Source: Nitrosopumilus sp.
Lineage (GTDB): Archaea > Thermoproteota > Nitrososphaeria > Nitrososphaerales > Nitrosopumilaceae
Reading direction: 5' to 3'
NCBI GenBank assembly: GCA_965204345.1
Contig: OZ241981.1
Coordinates: 608,001-672,000 of the forward strand
Length of the DNA stretch: 64,000 nt
Position numbers and translations under genes: made by a program. The notes under the pieces were generated by a model. It did no database searches and was not told the DNA's origin. It worked only from the letters and a program-made list of their open reading frames with translations. Of this stretch, positions 29,101 through 37,753 are shown piece after piece. Within the stretch, counting starts at the first letter, position 1, and the number at the start of each line of letters is the position of its first letter.

Positions 29101-29423
29101 AGAACCCCAGACTCCTCAAGATTCACTCCGCAGTTTAGGGCAGTCTGTCCGCCGTATGCCAGCATGATGCCGTCTGGTCTCTCTTTTTCAATTACGGATT
29201 CAACATACTCGGCATTGACAGGCAAGAGATAGACTTGATCTGCAAACCGGGTATCAGTTTGAATGGTAGCGACGTTTGGATTAATCAGTACGCTGTTTAG
29301 CCCATCCTCATGAATTGCCTTAAGGCACTGACTTCCAGAATAATCAAACTCGCCGGCCTCGCCAATCTTGATTGCGCCGCTGCCAAGCACCAGGATTTTT
29401 TTTAGGGATTCGTGTTTTGGCAA
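26181..29423 (-). CDS. carB: carbamoyl-phosphate synthase large subunit
   Basis: LGSGAIKIGEAGEFDYSG, two ATP-grasp halves, NPRLSRSSALASKATG, C-terminal MGS domain; 1080 aa. Confidence 0.97.
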   Translation of the reverse strand: MPKHESLKKILVLGSGAIKIGEAGEFDYSGSQCLKAIHEDGLNSVLINPNVATIQTDTRFADQVYLLPVNAEYVESVIEKERPDGIMLAYGGQTALNCGVNLEESGVLKKYDISVLGTQVKGIQRTEDRQLFKDAMKECDVPVLKSKTVNNFEDAKKAAKMLNYPVIIRVAYTLGGRGGGIAHNEIELHEIVERGLRASLVKQVLVEEYIGHWKQIEYEVMQDYDGNNVIVCNMENILSMKAHTGDNIVVAPSQTINNHEYHMLRSAALRATKHVGIVGECNIQYALAPDSDRYVAIEINPRLSRSSALASKATGYPLAYMSAKIGLGYNLSELVNRITKSTTACFEPSLDYIVCKHPRWDFGKFELVNRRLGPTMKSVGEVMAVGRTFEESFQKAIRMLDIGNDGLVLNRSSGKTYTEEEIEYKLSHHDDEVLYHVAVALKMNISVKRIYKLSAIDPWFVEKIQNIVNVEKKLKDSELDESLLWEAKKAGFGDKQIARAKDCGPDEIRDLRKKLGVIPCVKQIDTLAAEWPAVTNYLYLTYGGHSNDIAVPKDQKGIVVLGAGPYRIGSSVEFDWGTVNMVWGLQENGQKHVSIVNCNPETVSTDYDICTRLYFEELTQERILDITEFENPQGIITCVGGQTANNLTPGLARHGINILGTGAHDVDRAEDRSKFSAELDKLHIQQPRWQAFSNIGEAKSFAQEVQFPVIVRPSYVLSGAAMKVVWSQDELKTYVQEATDVSPDHPVVISKFMLNSLEVDVDGISNGRQVVIGAIVEHIDSAGVHSGDAMMVIPPWRLSNKIIETINEYTKKIALTFNVKGPFNLQFLVHDDHVYVIELNIRASRSMPFVSKLVKTNLISLASRAILEKPLPKIPENKWQKIHNYGIKVPQFSFMQLEGADIALGVEMQSTGEAACFGNSFYDALSKGLTSVGYNLPEKGSALVTVGGAQNKEKLISTIAKLKHLEFKILATEHTAEFFEERIGKVEIVHKISEPDRKPNISDLLYERKIDFIINIPSTSTLEKYVGMLDDEYQIRRKSLELGIPVLTTIELADSFVKTLEWLRDNKTTKEPIEPYDKYE

Positions 29424-30566
29424 TTATTTGCTCTCCATAAGATTTCGTAATTCCTCAAAGACAAATTTGCAATCAAAGGGGCCAGGAGAGGCTTCGGGGT
29501 GAAACTGTACTGCAATACAGTTTTGTTTTTTGTGTTTTATTCCCTCAACTGTACCATCATCTGCATTTTTAAACCACAGTGTGAAATCAGACTTTTCAAT
29601 GGACTCGGGGGTTATTCCATACCCGTGATTTTGGCTTGTAACGTATACCTGGTTGTCCTCCAGATTAATACAAGGCTTGTTTTGTCCACGGTGGCCATAC
29701 TTTAGTTTGTAGGTTTGGGTATTTCCTGCAATGCCAATTATCTGTGCACCAAGACAGATTCCCAATGTAGGAACATTGTTTTGAATCAATTTTTTAGCAG
29801 TATCAACGGTATCAGGGCAGCTTTGCGGGTCTCCAGGACCGCTGCTTAGTACAACACCGTCAGGATTGTAAGACATTATTTTCTCATAGGGAGTATCCCA
29901 TGGAACCAAAATTGCTTTGTATCCTAACTGGCGAACATTTCTTAAAATTGCATATTTTGCGCCAGTGTCAATTACAACAACAGATTTTTCCTCATTGCCA
30001 AATACCTGCTCTTCTTTTGTAGATACGACATTCATGAACTGCTCAGAATCATAGTGTTTTGCAGATGCAAGCTGCTGCCTTGCAGATTCGACGTCAATTT
30101 CAGCATCAGAGACGACAAGGGCAGCCATCATGACGCCGCTAGTGCGTAATTTTTTAGTCAGTTCACGGGTATCAATTCCGGAGATTCCGGGAATTTTCTC
30201 ATTATTCATCCATTCATCCAGGGTCATTGCCAGATTCCAATGACTTGCAGTCAGGGACAATTCATGAACAACCAGGCCGCGGATTTGCATTTTATCGGAC
30301 TCGAAGAATTTTGGAATTCCATCATCATCCCTAATTGACGGATCGGGTACCCCATAATTTCCAACTAGCGGATATGTCAGGGTAAGGATTTGGCCATTGT
30401 ATGACGGATCAGTTAGGGCCTCAGTATAGCCAACCATCCCGGTGTTAAAGACAATTTCACCAAAAACAGTCGTGGAATAGCCAAAACCCTCACCGTCAAG
30501 AACAGTTCCATCATCAAAAATCAGCTTTCCAAACTTTTTTGCGTGTCTTGATTTCCTTGTAGTAAT
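29424..30566 (-). CDS. carA: carbamoyl-phosphate synthase small subunit (start uncertain; conserved N-terminus lies upstream of the first ATG at 30437)
   Basis: GKLIFDDGTVLDGEGFG...GEIVFNTGMVGYTEALTDPSY, GATase LGICLG, QNHG, QFHPEASPGP. Confidence 0.95.
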   Translation of the reverse strand: MTTRKSRHAKKFGKLIFDDGTVLDGEGFGYSTTVFGEIVFNTGMVGYTEALTDPSYNGQILTLTYPLVGNYGVPDPSIRDDDGIPKFFESDKMQIRGLVVHELSLTASHWNLAMTLDEWMNNEKIPGISGIDTRELTKKLRTSGVMMAALVVSDAEIDVESARQQLASAKHYDSEQFMNVVSTKEEQVFGNEEKSVVVIDTGAKYAILRNVRQLGYKAILVPWDTPYEKIMSYNPDGVVLSSGPGDPQSCPDTVDTAKKLIQNNVPTLGICLGAQIIGIAGNTQTYKLKYGHRGQNKPCINLEDNQVYVTSQNHGYGITPESIEKSDFTLWFKNADDGTVEGIKHKKQNCIAVQFHPEASPGPFDCKFVFEELRNLMESK

Positions 30567-30653
30567 TGTGACCCTCGTAAAGTCCGAGTTATTATGAATT
30601 TAAGTTTTATGCGTAGTAAAGATCCAAAAAGCTGATCGCAGAAGATAAAACGA

Positions 30654-31847
30654 TCAGAGGGCCTGAAATTCCTCGCTCCACTTGTGATAGGCGCGAATCA
30701 TTTCAGTTGAGACGCTTGGCTTTCTTCGCTTCATGATATTTTTAAAGTCAGATGTTGTTAGTTCCCGTGGCTGGACTGGCTCCTCGCCCTCGACTGGCTC
30801 GTGATAGTCAGGAGAATTAAAGATTTCATGGACCGTTTTGATTTGTGCTGCCTGACAGACATCCTTGATGTCACTTGCACTGTAACCGTCAAATATTTTT
30901 GCCAGATCAGTATTGTTGACACTCATGTTCTTGTTTAACTTTGCAGTGTACTGCTCAAAGAGATTCTCTCTTGCGGCCTGCGTTGGCAGAGACACATAGA
31001 TCCTTTTCTGAAATCTTCTAAGAAATGGCCAATCAAGACTCCAGGGCTTGTTTGTGGCTCCAATTACATACAGCATCAAATGTTTTCCCTTACTGTTGAC
31101 ACCGTCCATCTCTGTGAGAAATTGGTTTTTGGTTCTAACCTCTCCGCCAACCTCGCTGTTTCTAGAGCCTAAAAGGGAATCGACTTCATCTACAAACAAG
31201 ATGACAGGCTTGCCTTCCTTCTCAGCATACTGCCTTGCCATGGCAAACAACTTTGAAACATTCTTTTCGGCCTCACCCAGCCACTTGCTCATCATGGAGG
31301 ATGCATCCACATTTATGAAATAGCCGTCCATCTCATTTGCAGTTGCAGCTGCAAGCATGGTCTTGCCGGTTCCAGGTGGACCGTACAGCAGCATGCCTTT
31401 TGGCCAACCAAGGGGAAACAGATCAGGTCTTTTAGTGGGATATACAATGGATTCACGCAAGGCACTTTTAGCATCATCCAGACCGATTACCTGATCCCAT
31501 GTAACGTCAGGTTTTTCTTTCATTACTAGTTCTTCAAAATCATTTTCATTTTCCTGTCTTTGAACAGATTTTTTTTGATCTGCATCAGAGGCCTTTGGAT
31601 CAACTGCAGGCTCTACACCGTGAGACTGTTGCAATGCAGTGATTCTTCCATGATAAGAATTACACCGTTCCTTGTAAATTTGGTTTAGCTTGCTGTTGGG
31701 ATAAAGCTGTAATAGTTTCATAAGTGAATCAATGGCATGCTGATAGTGAGTGATTGCCATGCCACGAGCGCCCTGAGAATCAAATTTGATGGCCTCAGAG
31801 GCATACTTGCTTGCTGTATTTTCTAATTCTTGTGGGGCCAGACTCAT
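30654..31847 (-). CDS. cdvC: Vps4-like AAA ATPase CdvC (MIT + AAA)
   Basis: N-terminal MIT-like helices (A..A...D..G....A...Y..A), Walker A GPPGTGKT, SKWLGEAEK, Walker B FVDEVD, ATNKPWSLD. Confidence 0.9.
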   Translation of the reverse strand: MSLAPQELENTASKYASEAIKFDSQGARGMAITHYQHAIDSLMKLLQLYPNSKLNQIYKERCNSYHGRITALQQSHGVEPAVDPKASDADQKKSVQRQENENDFEELVMKEKPDVTWDQVIGLDDAKSALRESIVYPTKRPDLFPLGWPKGMLLYGPPGTGKTMLAAATANEMDGYFINVDASSMMSKWLGEAEKNVSKLFAMARQYAEKEGKPVILFVDEVDSLLGSRNSEVGGEVRTKNQFLTEMDGVNSKGKHLMLYVIGATNKPWSLDWPFLRRFQKRIYVSLPTQAARENLFEQYTAKLNKNMSVNNTDLAKIFDGYSASDIKDVCQAAQIKTVHEIFNSPDYHEPVEGEEPVQPRELTTSDFKNIMKRRKPSVSTEMIRAYHKWSEEFQAL

Positions 31848-31855
31848 TTTATTAC

Positions 31856-32341
31856 CTACGTATTATCACCTTGAAAATTTTGTTGGTATCCTACGGTGTG
31901 AATCTCTGTCGCAAAAGTGGTTAAATTAATTGCACTTGTTTCATGCTCGTCATAGTCAGGTCCGTGACGGTATTTTTTCTTAAAATCAGACTTTGCAGAG
32001 ATATTGGCATGCATGTCTTTGACCTTGCCCATAAAATTCTCAGCAGACACTATTAATTCGGAGACTTCATCATCCAAATCCCTTAGGGAATCAGCAGTTT
32101 CAGAAATTATAGAGGTAAAGTGGCGTAAGATTGAGCGCATCTCTTTTTTATCAGCATATTTGCACATCATAAAATCGGCAATTCCAACGATTTTATCCAG
32201 ATCCTGCAACTCCTCAAGAGTTAGCCGGTCAATTTTAGAGTCATCTGGGGATTTTACTTTGGATAGTCTTTTATCAATTTTAGAGGAGACTGATCTGATG
32301 CGCCCTAGATCCTTTGAAAAATTTCGCTTTGTGCTTAGCAT
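31856..32341 (-). CDS. helical hypothetical protein between the cdvB-like gene and cdvC
   Basis: ATG at 32341 sits 1 nt after the upstream stop; heptad-rich sequence. Confidence 0.65.
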   Translation of the reverse strand: MLSTKRNFSKDLGRIRSVSSKIDKRLSKVKSPDDSKIDRLTLEELQDLDKIVGIADFMMCKYADKKEMRSILRHFTSIISETADSLRDLDDEVSELIVSAENFMGKVKDMHANISAKSDFKKKYRHGPDYDEHETSAINLTTFATEIHTVGYQQNFQGDNT

Positions 32342-32342
32342 T

Positions 32343-32906
32343 TCAAGTGTTGCATAGTTTGAAAAAATCAAGATTAGGATACTGCTTATTTAATTTAGAG
32401 TCCACCATCAATTTTACTTCATCAAGCAGGGATGAAGACTCTGCATTTGATTGGCCAAAGTCAAAACTTGCAGTAGTTAAAGACGCAGAATCAAGGGCAA
32501 TACTGCCCAAATGAACTGATATTTCAGACAGCTTTTGACTGCAGTCAGGAAGAATCTCAAATAATTGTGCACTGACAGTCCTAATCATGGGAATGGATAC
32601 AGGTAAAATTTCAGGTATGCTGCCCACATCAGATATTCTTCTTATACTGCTTTTTACCCGGAGAAGTATTTCCAAAGAATATGCAACAAGATGCTCTAGT
32701 TTCAATGCATCAACGTGAGACTTTTCAGACTCGTCAAAGTCAAAAGACAGATCACTGTTTGATTTTTTTAAATCATCTAGTCTCTGAGAAAGAATCCCAA
32801 CAATATAGTCTAACAAATTTACAGAATAGTCCAGTCTGGGAACTAGGGTTACAGAGTGGGAAATGTTTTCAGCCTCCAGCGAATTAACATTGCATTTTAC
32901 CAACAT
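32343..32906 (-). CDS. divergent ESCRT-III/Snf7-like protein (CdvB3-like)
   Basis: LEILLRVKSSIRRISDVGSI...LP...IRTV...L..ILPD....LSEI...LGSI...ES..LLDEV..MVD.KL..QYPNL parallels the CdvB core; lies two genes upstream of cdvC. Confidence 0.6.
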   Translation of the reverse strand: MLVKCNVNSLEAENISHSVTLVPRLDYSVNLLDYIVGILSQRLDDLKKSNSDLSFDFDESEKSHVDALKLEHLVAYSLEILLRVKSSIRRISDVGSIPEILPVSIPMIRTVSAQLFEILPDCSQKLSEISVHLGSIALDSASLTTASFDFGQSNAESSSLLDEVKLMVDSKLNKQYPNLDFFKLCNT

Positions 32907-33066
32907 GCCAAGAGTTGCTTCTATATTTTGTATTTGAGGAACGGTGTAACAGGTAATTTAGTAACCACAGTTACATCCATCAGCAGATACAGTTTTGATT
33001 TTTTTTGAGTATTTGTGTAAAGGAATTTAGCTCTTGATTTTACCTAATAACAAATCAAGGAAAAAC

Positions 33067-34227
33067 ATGGTAAACGAGCATGTCTTAACAGTTAGCTTGG
33101 AGGAATTTGGATTAAGCAAGTACGAGGCACAGGCATATGTGGCCCTTATTGCAAAGGGCACAGTTTCAGCAAGCGAATTGGCATACTATTCGGAAATTCC
33201 GCGGACCAAGATTTACCCGACTCTGTTAAAATTGGAAAACAAGAAACTGGTTATTATCTCAAAAAGTAAGCCGATTATGTGTACTGCAACTGCGCCTGAA
33301 GATGCATTTGACGGAATAATCCAGGAGCAGATTAACAAGGTTAATGCGATGAACTCGTTGATTTCAAACTTGAAGAAAGCAAGCGAGGAAAGTAGAAAAT
33401 CAAGGGGATCAGAAGAAAAAAGGTATTCCCATCTGAGTGCAAACAATGTGTTGGCTCAGCTTCAGACAATGATAGACGGATCAAAGTCATCAATTAAGAT
33501 AATGGCAGACCAGTGGGGTTTTGGGCTATTAGGAGAGTGCAAGGAACAGCTATTGTCAGTTTCACGCCGCAATTTGGATGTCAAGATTCTTGTGTCACCT
33601 GCACAAATTTGTTCAGAGGTATACAGAAAGATGCCAGACGGGATTGAGGTTAGGGCCTCAGAGACGACCCAGAACTGCTTTATTTTTGATGAAACAGAAC
33701 TGCTGCTAATCAATAACAACAATGGAAGGGGCGCAGTCTTTTCATCTACGGAAATTTTAGGAGTAAATCAGGAGAAAATATTTTCAAATATTTGGAAAAA
33801 TGCAGTTAAGACAAAGGCTCTTGCAGACATGACAAAAACAGAGGCACTAGAGATTTACAAAATAATCAAGACAACAAACGAGGCAGGGCTAATGCACCTT
33901 CTAAGTTCTCCAGCCACATCAAAAAAGCCAGAATCAGAGATGAACAAGCTTTTAGAAAAGAACGGAATATCGCTGAAAACCAAGACATTTGAGGACGTAA
34001 TTGAGATAATGGATGCAGTGATGCAAATTACATGCTCAGGACACGTTAATTTTGAGGCAAATACCAGAAACATCACAGTAGAATCAAAGTTAAACAGCGG
34101 GCACTCATTGCCATGGGTGTCTATTTTGAACGGGTGTCTTCAAAAGCAGGGATACAAGACACGAACAGCATATCAAAGCAATTCCAATAAGGGTGAAAAA
34201 GTACACATCAAAATAAGCAAAAGTTAG
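33067..34227 (+). CDS. TrmB-family transcriptional regulator
   Basis: LEEFGLSKYEAQAYVALI...ASELA..SEIPRTKIY..L..LE.K.LV wHTH followed by an effector-binding-like domain; ATG at 33067. Confidence 0.88.
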   Translation: MVNEHVLTVSLEEFGLSKYEAQAYVALIAKGTVSASELAYYSEIPRTKIYPTLLKLENKKLVIISKSKPIMCTATAPEDAFDGIIQEQINKVNAMNSLISNLKKASEESRKSRGSEEKRYSHLSANNVLAQLQTMIDGSKSSIKIMADQWGFGLLGECKEQLLSVSRRNLDVKILVSPAQICSEVYRKMPDGIEVRASETTQNCFIFDETELLLINNNNGRGAVFSSTEILGVNQEKIFSNIWKNAVKTKALADMTKTEALEIYKIIKTTNEAGLMHLLSSPATSKKPESEMNKLLEKNGISLKTKTFEDVIEIMDAVMQITCSGHVNFEANTRNITVESKLNSGHSLPWVSILNGCLQKQGYKTRTAYQSNSNKGEKVHIKISKS

Positions 34228-34376
34228 ATTTCTAAAACAGAATGTCATGCTAAAATGGCATACATGCACTCATTGCAATACTAGGGGAAAAAAGTACCAA
34301 ATGCTTGCAAAAAAGCGGCAGATTTGCAGTCTGGTACATGCACCTATAATAAATAATTCAAAGCAATCAAGAGTAC

Positions 34377-34982
34377 ATGCAAACGGTTTCAATAAACTAT
34401 ATTCTAGAATGCATGAATGATCAAAGAAATTACTTTGGAGACATGTGGGAAACATGCCTTGATAACAAAAAGAGATTCAGCAGGGCCAAACTAAAGGAGA
34501 TACTAAAAAAGATGGAAATACTGGGACACATTGAAAAACACGGTTACAAAAACGATACTTACTATATCAAACACCATCATCACTCATTAGAGGAAAATGT
34601 CGGATTCATTAACAACGTAACTTTTAGTTACGAGTCTAAAATAACATCACTGTCAAAAAAACTAGAAAACAAAAAAATATTTTTAGACATATCAAAAGAT
34701 CTAAATTCGCACAAGCTGAGCAATCATGCAAAAACAGACTATGAATCATTGCTACTGGCAATGACTGGCATGTTTGAATTGGCATCATCAGTCGTGTGGA
34801 CCAGGGAAAATACCAAAGACAGGAATTTGAAAAAGGAATTAAAAAGATGCGTCAAGCAGATTCACGAATTCACAGAGAAGACAAATCAAAGACTGCTAAA
34901 CGGGAGAAAGACAAAAGAAAGGATAATACTGCAAAGGGATTTTAGCAGCAAAATTCCAAAAGCAGGATATCTCAAACTCTAG
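34377..34982 (+). CDS. hypothetical protein, possible N-terminal winged helix
   Basis: 201-aa ORF; FSRAKLKEILKKME..G.IEK pattern. Confidence 0.55.
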   Translation: MQTVSINYILECMNDQRNYFGDMWETCLDNKKRFSRAKLKEILKKMEILGHIEKHGYKNDTYYIKHHHHSLEENVGFINNVTFSYESKITSLSKKLENKKIFLDISKDLNSHKLSNHAKTDYESLLLAMTGMFELASSVVWTRENTKDRNLKKELKRCVKQIHEFTEKTNQRLLNGRKTKERIILQRDFSSKIPKAGYLKL

Positions 34983-35162
34983 GATCACAAATGCTGCTAC
35001 TGCCAAAGTATAGCATGTACCGGATCCTATCACAAGTGCTACTAGAAGCACAACAGATCACATTTTTGCACCATACAGGATTTCAGTTGCTTCAGACACA
35101 ATAAAATGAGAAAGCCATCAGTGTAAAAACTAAAATCAGACAAAAATTTAGCAACAGTCGTC

Positions 35163-35618
35163 TTGATTGAAGAAAAACTTGAAGCCCTGGGAATTAGGCT
35201 GCCAAATCCGCCCACTCCTGCAGGATCATATGTTCCAGCAATAAAAACAGGGAACTTGTTATTCATTTCAGGACAGATTCCAATGGAGGATGGAAAGGTG
35301 ATATTTACAGGCAAGGTTTCAAACGAGAATCTGGAGACTGCCCAAAAATCAGCAAAAATGTGCGCAATTAACATCTTGGCGCAGATAAAAAGGGAATTGG
35401 GAGATCTGAACAAAGTTGCCAGAATAGTAAAAGTTTCGGGATTTGTAAATTCAATGCCGGAATTCTCTGAACACCCAAGAGTTATCAACCCAGCTTCGGA
35501 TTTATTCTTTGAGTTGTTTGGCAAAAAAGGAAAACATGCCAGAATCGCAGTAGGGGTTGCATGCCTTCCACTAGACTCTATGACTGAGATTGATGCAATA
35601 GTTGAGTTCTCACAATAA
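35163..35618 (+). CDS. RidA/YjgF/UK114 family protein
   Basis: LGIRLPNPPTPAGSYVP...FISGQIP...GFVNS...HP.VIN.ASD...G.HARIAVGV..LP...EIDAI. Confidence 0.9.
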   Translation: MIEEKLEALGIRLPNPPTPAGSYVPAIKTGNLLFISGQIPMEDGKVIFTGKVSNENLETAQKSAKMCAINILAQIKRELGDLNKVARIVKVSGFVNSMPEFSEHPRVINPASDLFFELFGKKGKHARIAVGVACLPLDSMTEIDAIVEFSQ

Positions 35619-35666
35619 GGAATTTGTCTTAAATAGATTTTTGGAGCTAAAACATCCACGGTACAA

Positions 35667-35858
35667 ATGTGCAAGGGGCTGTGTGAACGCCTAAAATCAA
35701 CATCGTTTACAAGTAATCTGCGATACAAGATTGGACAGAAATGGTGCTCACTGTGTACACTGTTCTTTTTTACAAAAGAAAACACGTGTCCATGTTGTAA
35801 AACCAGATTAAGAACAAAATCAAGAGGAGGCAGTAAGCGTGAACTGCCCAGAATGTAA
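35667..35858 (+). CDS. small Cys-rich zinc-ribbon protein
   Basis: CKGLC...RY..GQKWCSLC...CPCC..RLRTK, a pattern recalled from small thaumarchaeal proteins. Confidence 0.7.
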   Translation: MCKGLCERLKSTSFTSNLRYKIGQKWCSLCTLFFFTKENTCPCCKTRLRTKSRGGSKRELPRM

Positions 35859-36066
35859 CCATGAAAATGGGGGGGGAGGTTGCCAGTGTCTTTGTTGCTG
35901 CTGTTTGATTTCACAGATAGGATGCATGTATTGTATTCTTCCAGTTCTAGGGTACAGAGAAGTTAAAAAAATGCAAAGAAAAAGAAAAAAGCAGACATGG
36001 AATCAGGGATTAAGGGCCCATCCAATTAGAGAGATAATTCATATATCTCTACAAACAAGAGAAAAC

Positions 36067-36891
36067 ATGCCAAGGATTTTACTGCCAATGGTAATGATGA
36101 TTGCAGTTTCAATGATCTCAGCATCGGCATTTGCAGAATCGACAATGGAGTTAAAAGCATCCAGCGAGAACATAAAGGCACTAGACTCTGTAATAATTAC
36201 AGGCAAGATTACAGACGTGTCAAACTTTAAACCAGTAAAACTATCAGTAATGGCCCCAGACGGTGCCATTGTATATACCCCGCTAGTCACAATTGACGGA
36301 AATGGGGAATTTAAAAAAGTACTACATCCAACTCTTCCAAGTTTTAAATCCGGAACATACATCGTCACTGCAAGTCATGAAGATACGGAAGTTACAGCAC
36401 AGGCAGAATTTACAGTGACGTCTCAAGAAATACCAAGAAACCCAGCAAGCCAGCCAATACAGGAAAAACCAGTCAAAAGAGTAATCCCAGCAATTACAAG
36501 CAGCATCACAATGGCAGCAGATGCAATAAATGGATCAGACACAATAACAGTAACAGGAAATACGAGTTTTAGAGGAACAGACATTACATTGATTGTAAAC
36601 TCGCCGATTGGAAATGTCATTACAATTGCACAGGTAGCTCCTGATATCGACGGGGATTTTGAGTTGGAGGTTAACGTTGGAGGACCGTTATGGAAAGAAG
36701 ACGGGCTGTACACAATCACTGCAAACCAGGGCTCCTCATCAGAGCACAGAACGTCAATTCAAGTAGAAGTAAAAGACGGGCTAGTCGTACCGGAATTTGG
36801 AGTCATAGCATCACTGATTTTAGCAGTATCAGTCATCTCAATCATCATAGCATCAACAAAATCAAGGCTTGCAATACTGCCCAGATACTAG
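36067..36891 (+). CDS. PEFG-CTERM sorting-domain surface protein
   Basis: Signal peptide from ATG 36067, two Ig-like domains, C-terminal VPEFG + TM helix + basic tail. The ORF is open upstream to GTG 35839. Confidence 0.88.
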   Translation: MPRILLPMVMMIAVSMISASAFAESTMELKASSENIKALDSVIITGKITDVSNFKPVKLSVMAPDGAIVYTPLVTIDGNGEFKKVLHPTLPSFKSGTYIVTASHEDTEVTAQAEFTVTSQEIPRNPASQPIQEKPVKRVIPAITSSITMAADAINGSDTITVTGNTSFRGTDITLIVNSPIGNVITIAQVAPDIDGDFELEVNVGGPLWKEDGLYTITANQGSSSEHRTSIQVEVKDGLVVPEFGVIASLILAVSVISIIIASTKSRLAILPRY

Positions 36892-36903
36892 ACTTGGAAG
36901 AGT

Positions 36904-37278
36904 ATGACCGGGTCTAGCCTAGACAGTATAAAATCAGAAAAATACATCTTGCTTGAAACATACAGAAAAAACAGCCAAGCAGTCAAGACACCAGTATGGT
37001 TTGTAATAAGAGACGGCAGGATTCTAATTGTAACAAGAGAACATACAGGAAAAATAAAACGGCTTCAAAACAACCGTCAGGTCAGAATCGCAGCATGTTC
37101 AATCAGAGGAAAAGTTTCAGGCTCGTGGATATCAGGCACAGCAGAAATTTTGGCAGGCACAGATACGGCAAAAGCTGTAAAACTAAGAGATGAAAAATAC
37201 GGATTTTTATCCAAAATTGCCAAGTTGCTAACCAAGTCCAAAGGCAATCTAGTGGCAGTTTCAGTCAAGATAGATTAA
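36904..37278 (+). CDS. PPOX-class F420-dependent oxidoreductase
   Basis: YILLETYRKN..AVKTPVWF...GKIKRL.NN..V.IA.C..RG. Confidence 0.85.
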   Translation: MTGSSLDSIKSEKYILLETYRKNSQAVKTPVWFVIRDGRILIVTREHTGKIKRLQNNRQVRIAACSIRGKVSGSWISGTAEILAGTDTAKAVKLRDEKYGFLSKIAKLLTKSKGNLVAVSVKID

Positions 37279-37753
37279 GAGACTTTTGCAGGCTTTGCTC
37301 CTGCCTTAGTTTTAAGGCAGTCAATCCAGAAAATCCAAAAATAATTACCAAGCCAACATAGGCCAGGGCTTGGCTGTGCTCTATTAGTACTGCTGAAACA
37401 CCTGTCCCAACCACGCTTGGCAGCAAAGACAGTGCGTATAGCCACCAGCCGCAGCATCCCAGGGGAACCAGTGAAAAAAACGAAAAAAACGAGGTAGCAG
37501 CAGTGCTGCCACCATTTGCCCCAAGCGCCTTTTTCTTTACGTCAAGCTTACATCCTAGCACCTTGCTTTTTTCAGACAGAAACACTTGCAATCCAATTCC
37601 TGCCCCCATTCCGACAATTACAACAGAATTTAGCTGAAATGCAGCACTGACTGCATCTAGGGGTTCCAGTGCAGGAGTGGTAAGTACGACAACCAAAAGA
37701 TAAAGAATGACAGTAGTAATTCCAGCAAAAATCGCTTTTCTAAGAGGCCTCAT
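37265..37753 (-). CDS. 4-TM membrane protein with GCC motif
   Basis: Four hydrophobic segments, VPLGCCGWW; start overlaps the stop of the DUF3179 gene. Confidence 0.65.
   Translation of the reverse strand: MRPLRKAIFAGITTVILYLLVVVLTTPALEPLDAVSAAFQLNSVVIVGMGAGIGLQVFLSEKSKVLGCKLDVKKKALGANGGSTAATSFFSFFSLVPLGCCGWWLYALSLLPSVVGTGVSAVLIEHSQALAYVGLVIIFGFSGLTALKLRQEQSLQKSLNLS

Noticed and set aside
35042-35914. 290-aa minus-strand ORF
   Set aside because: Antisense to the well-supported RidA and Zn-ribbon genes; no motifs.
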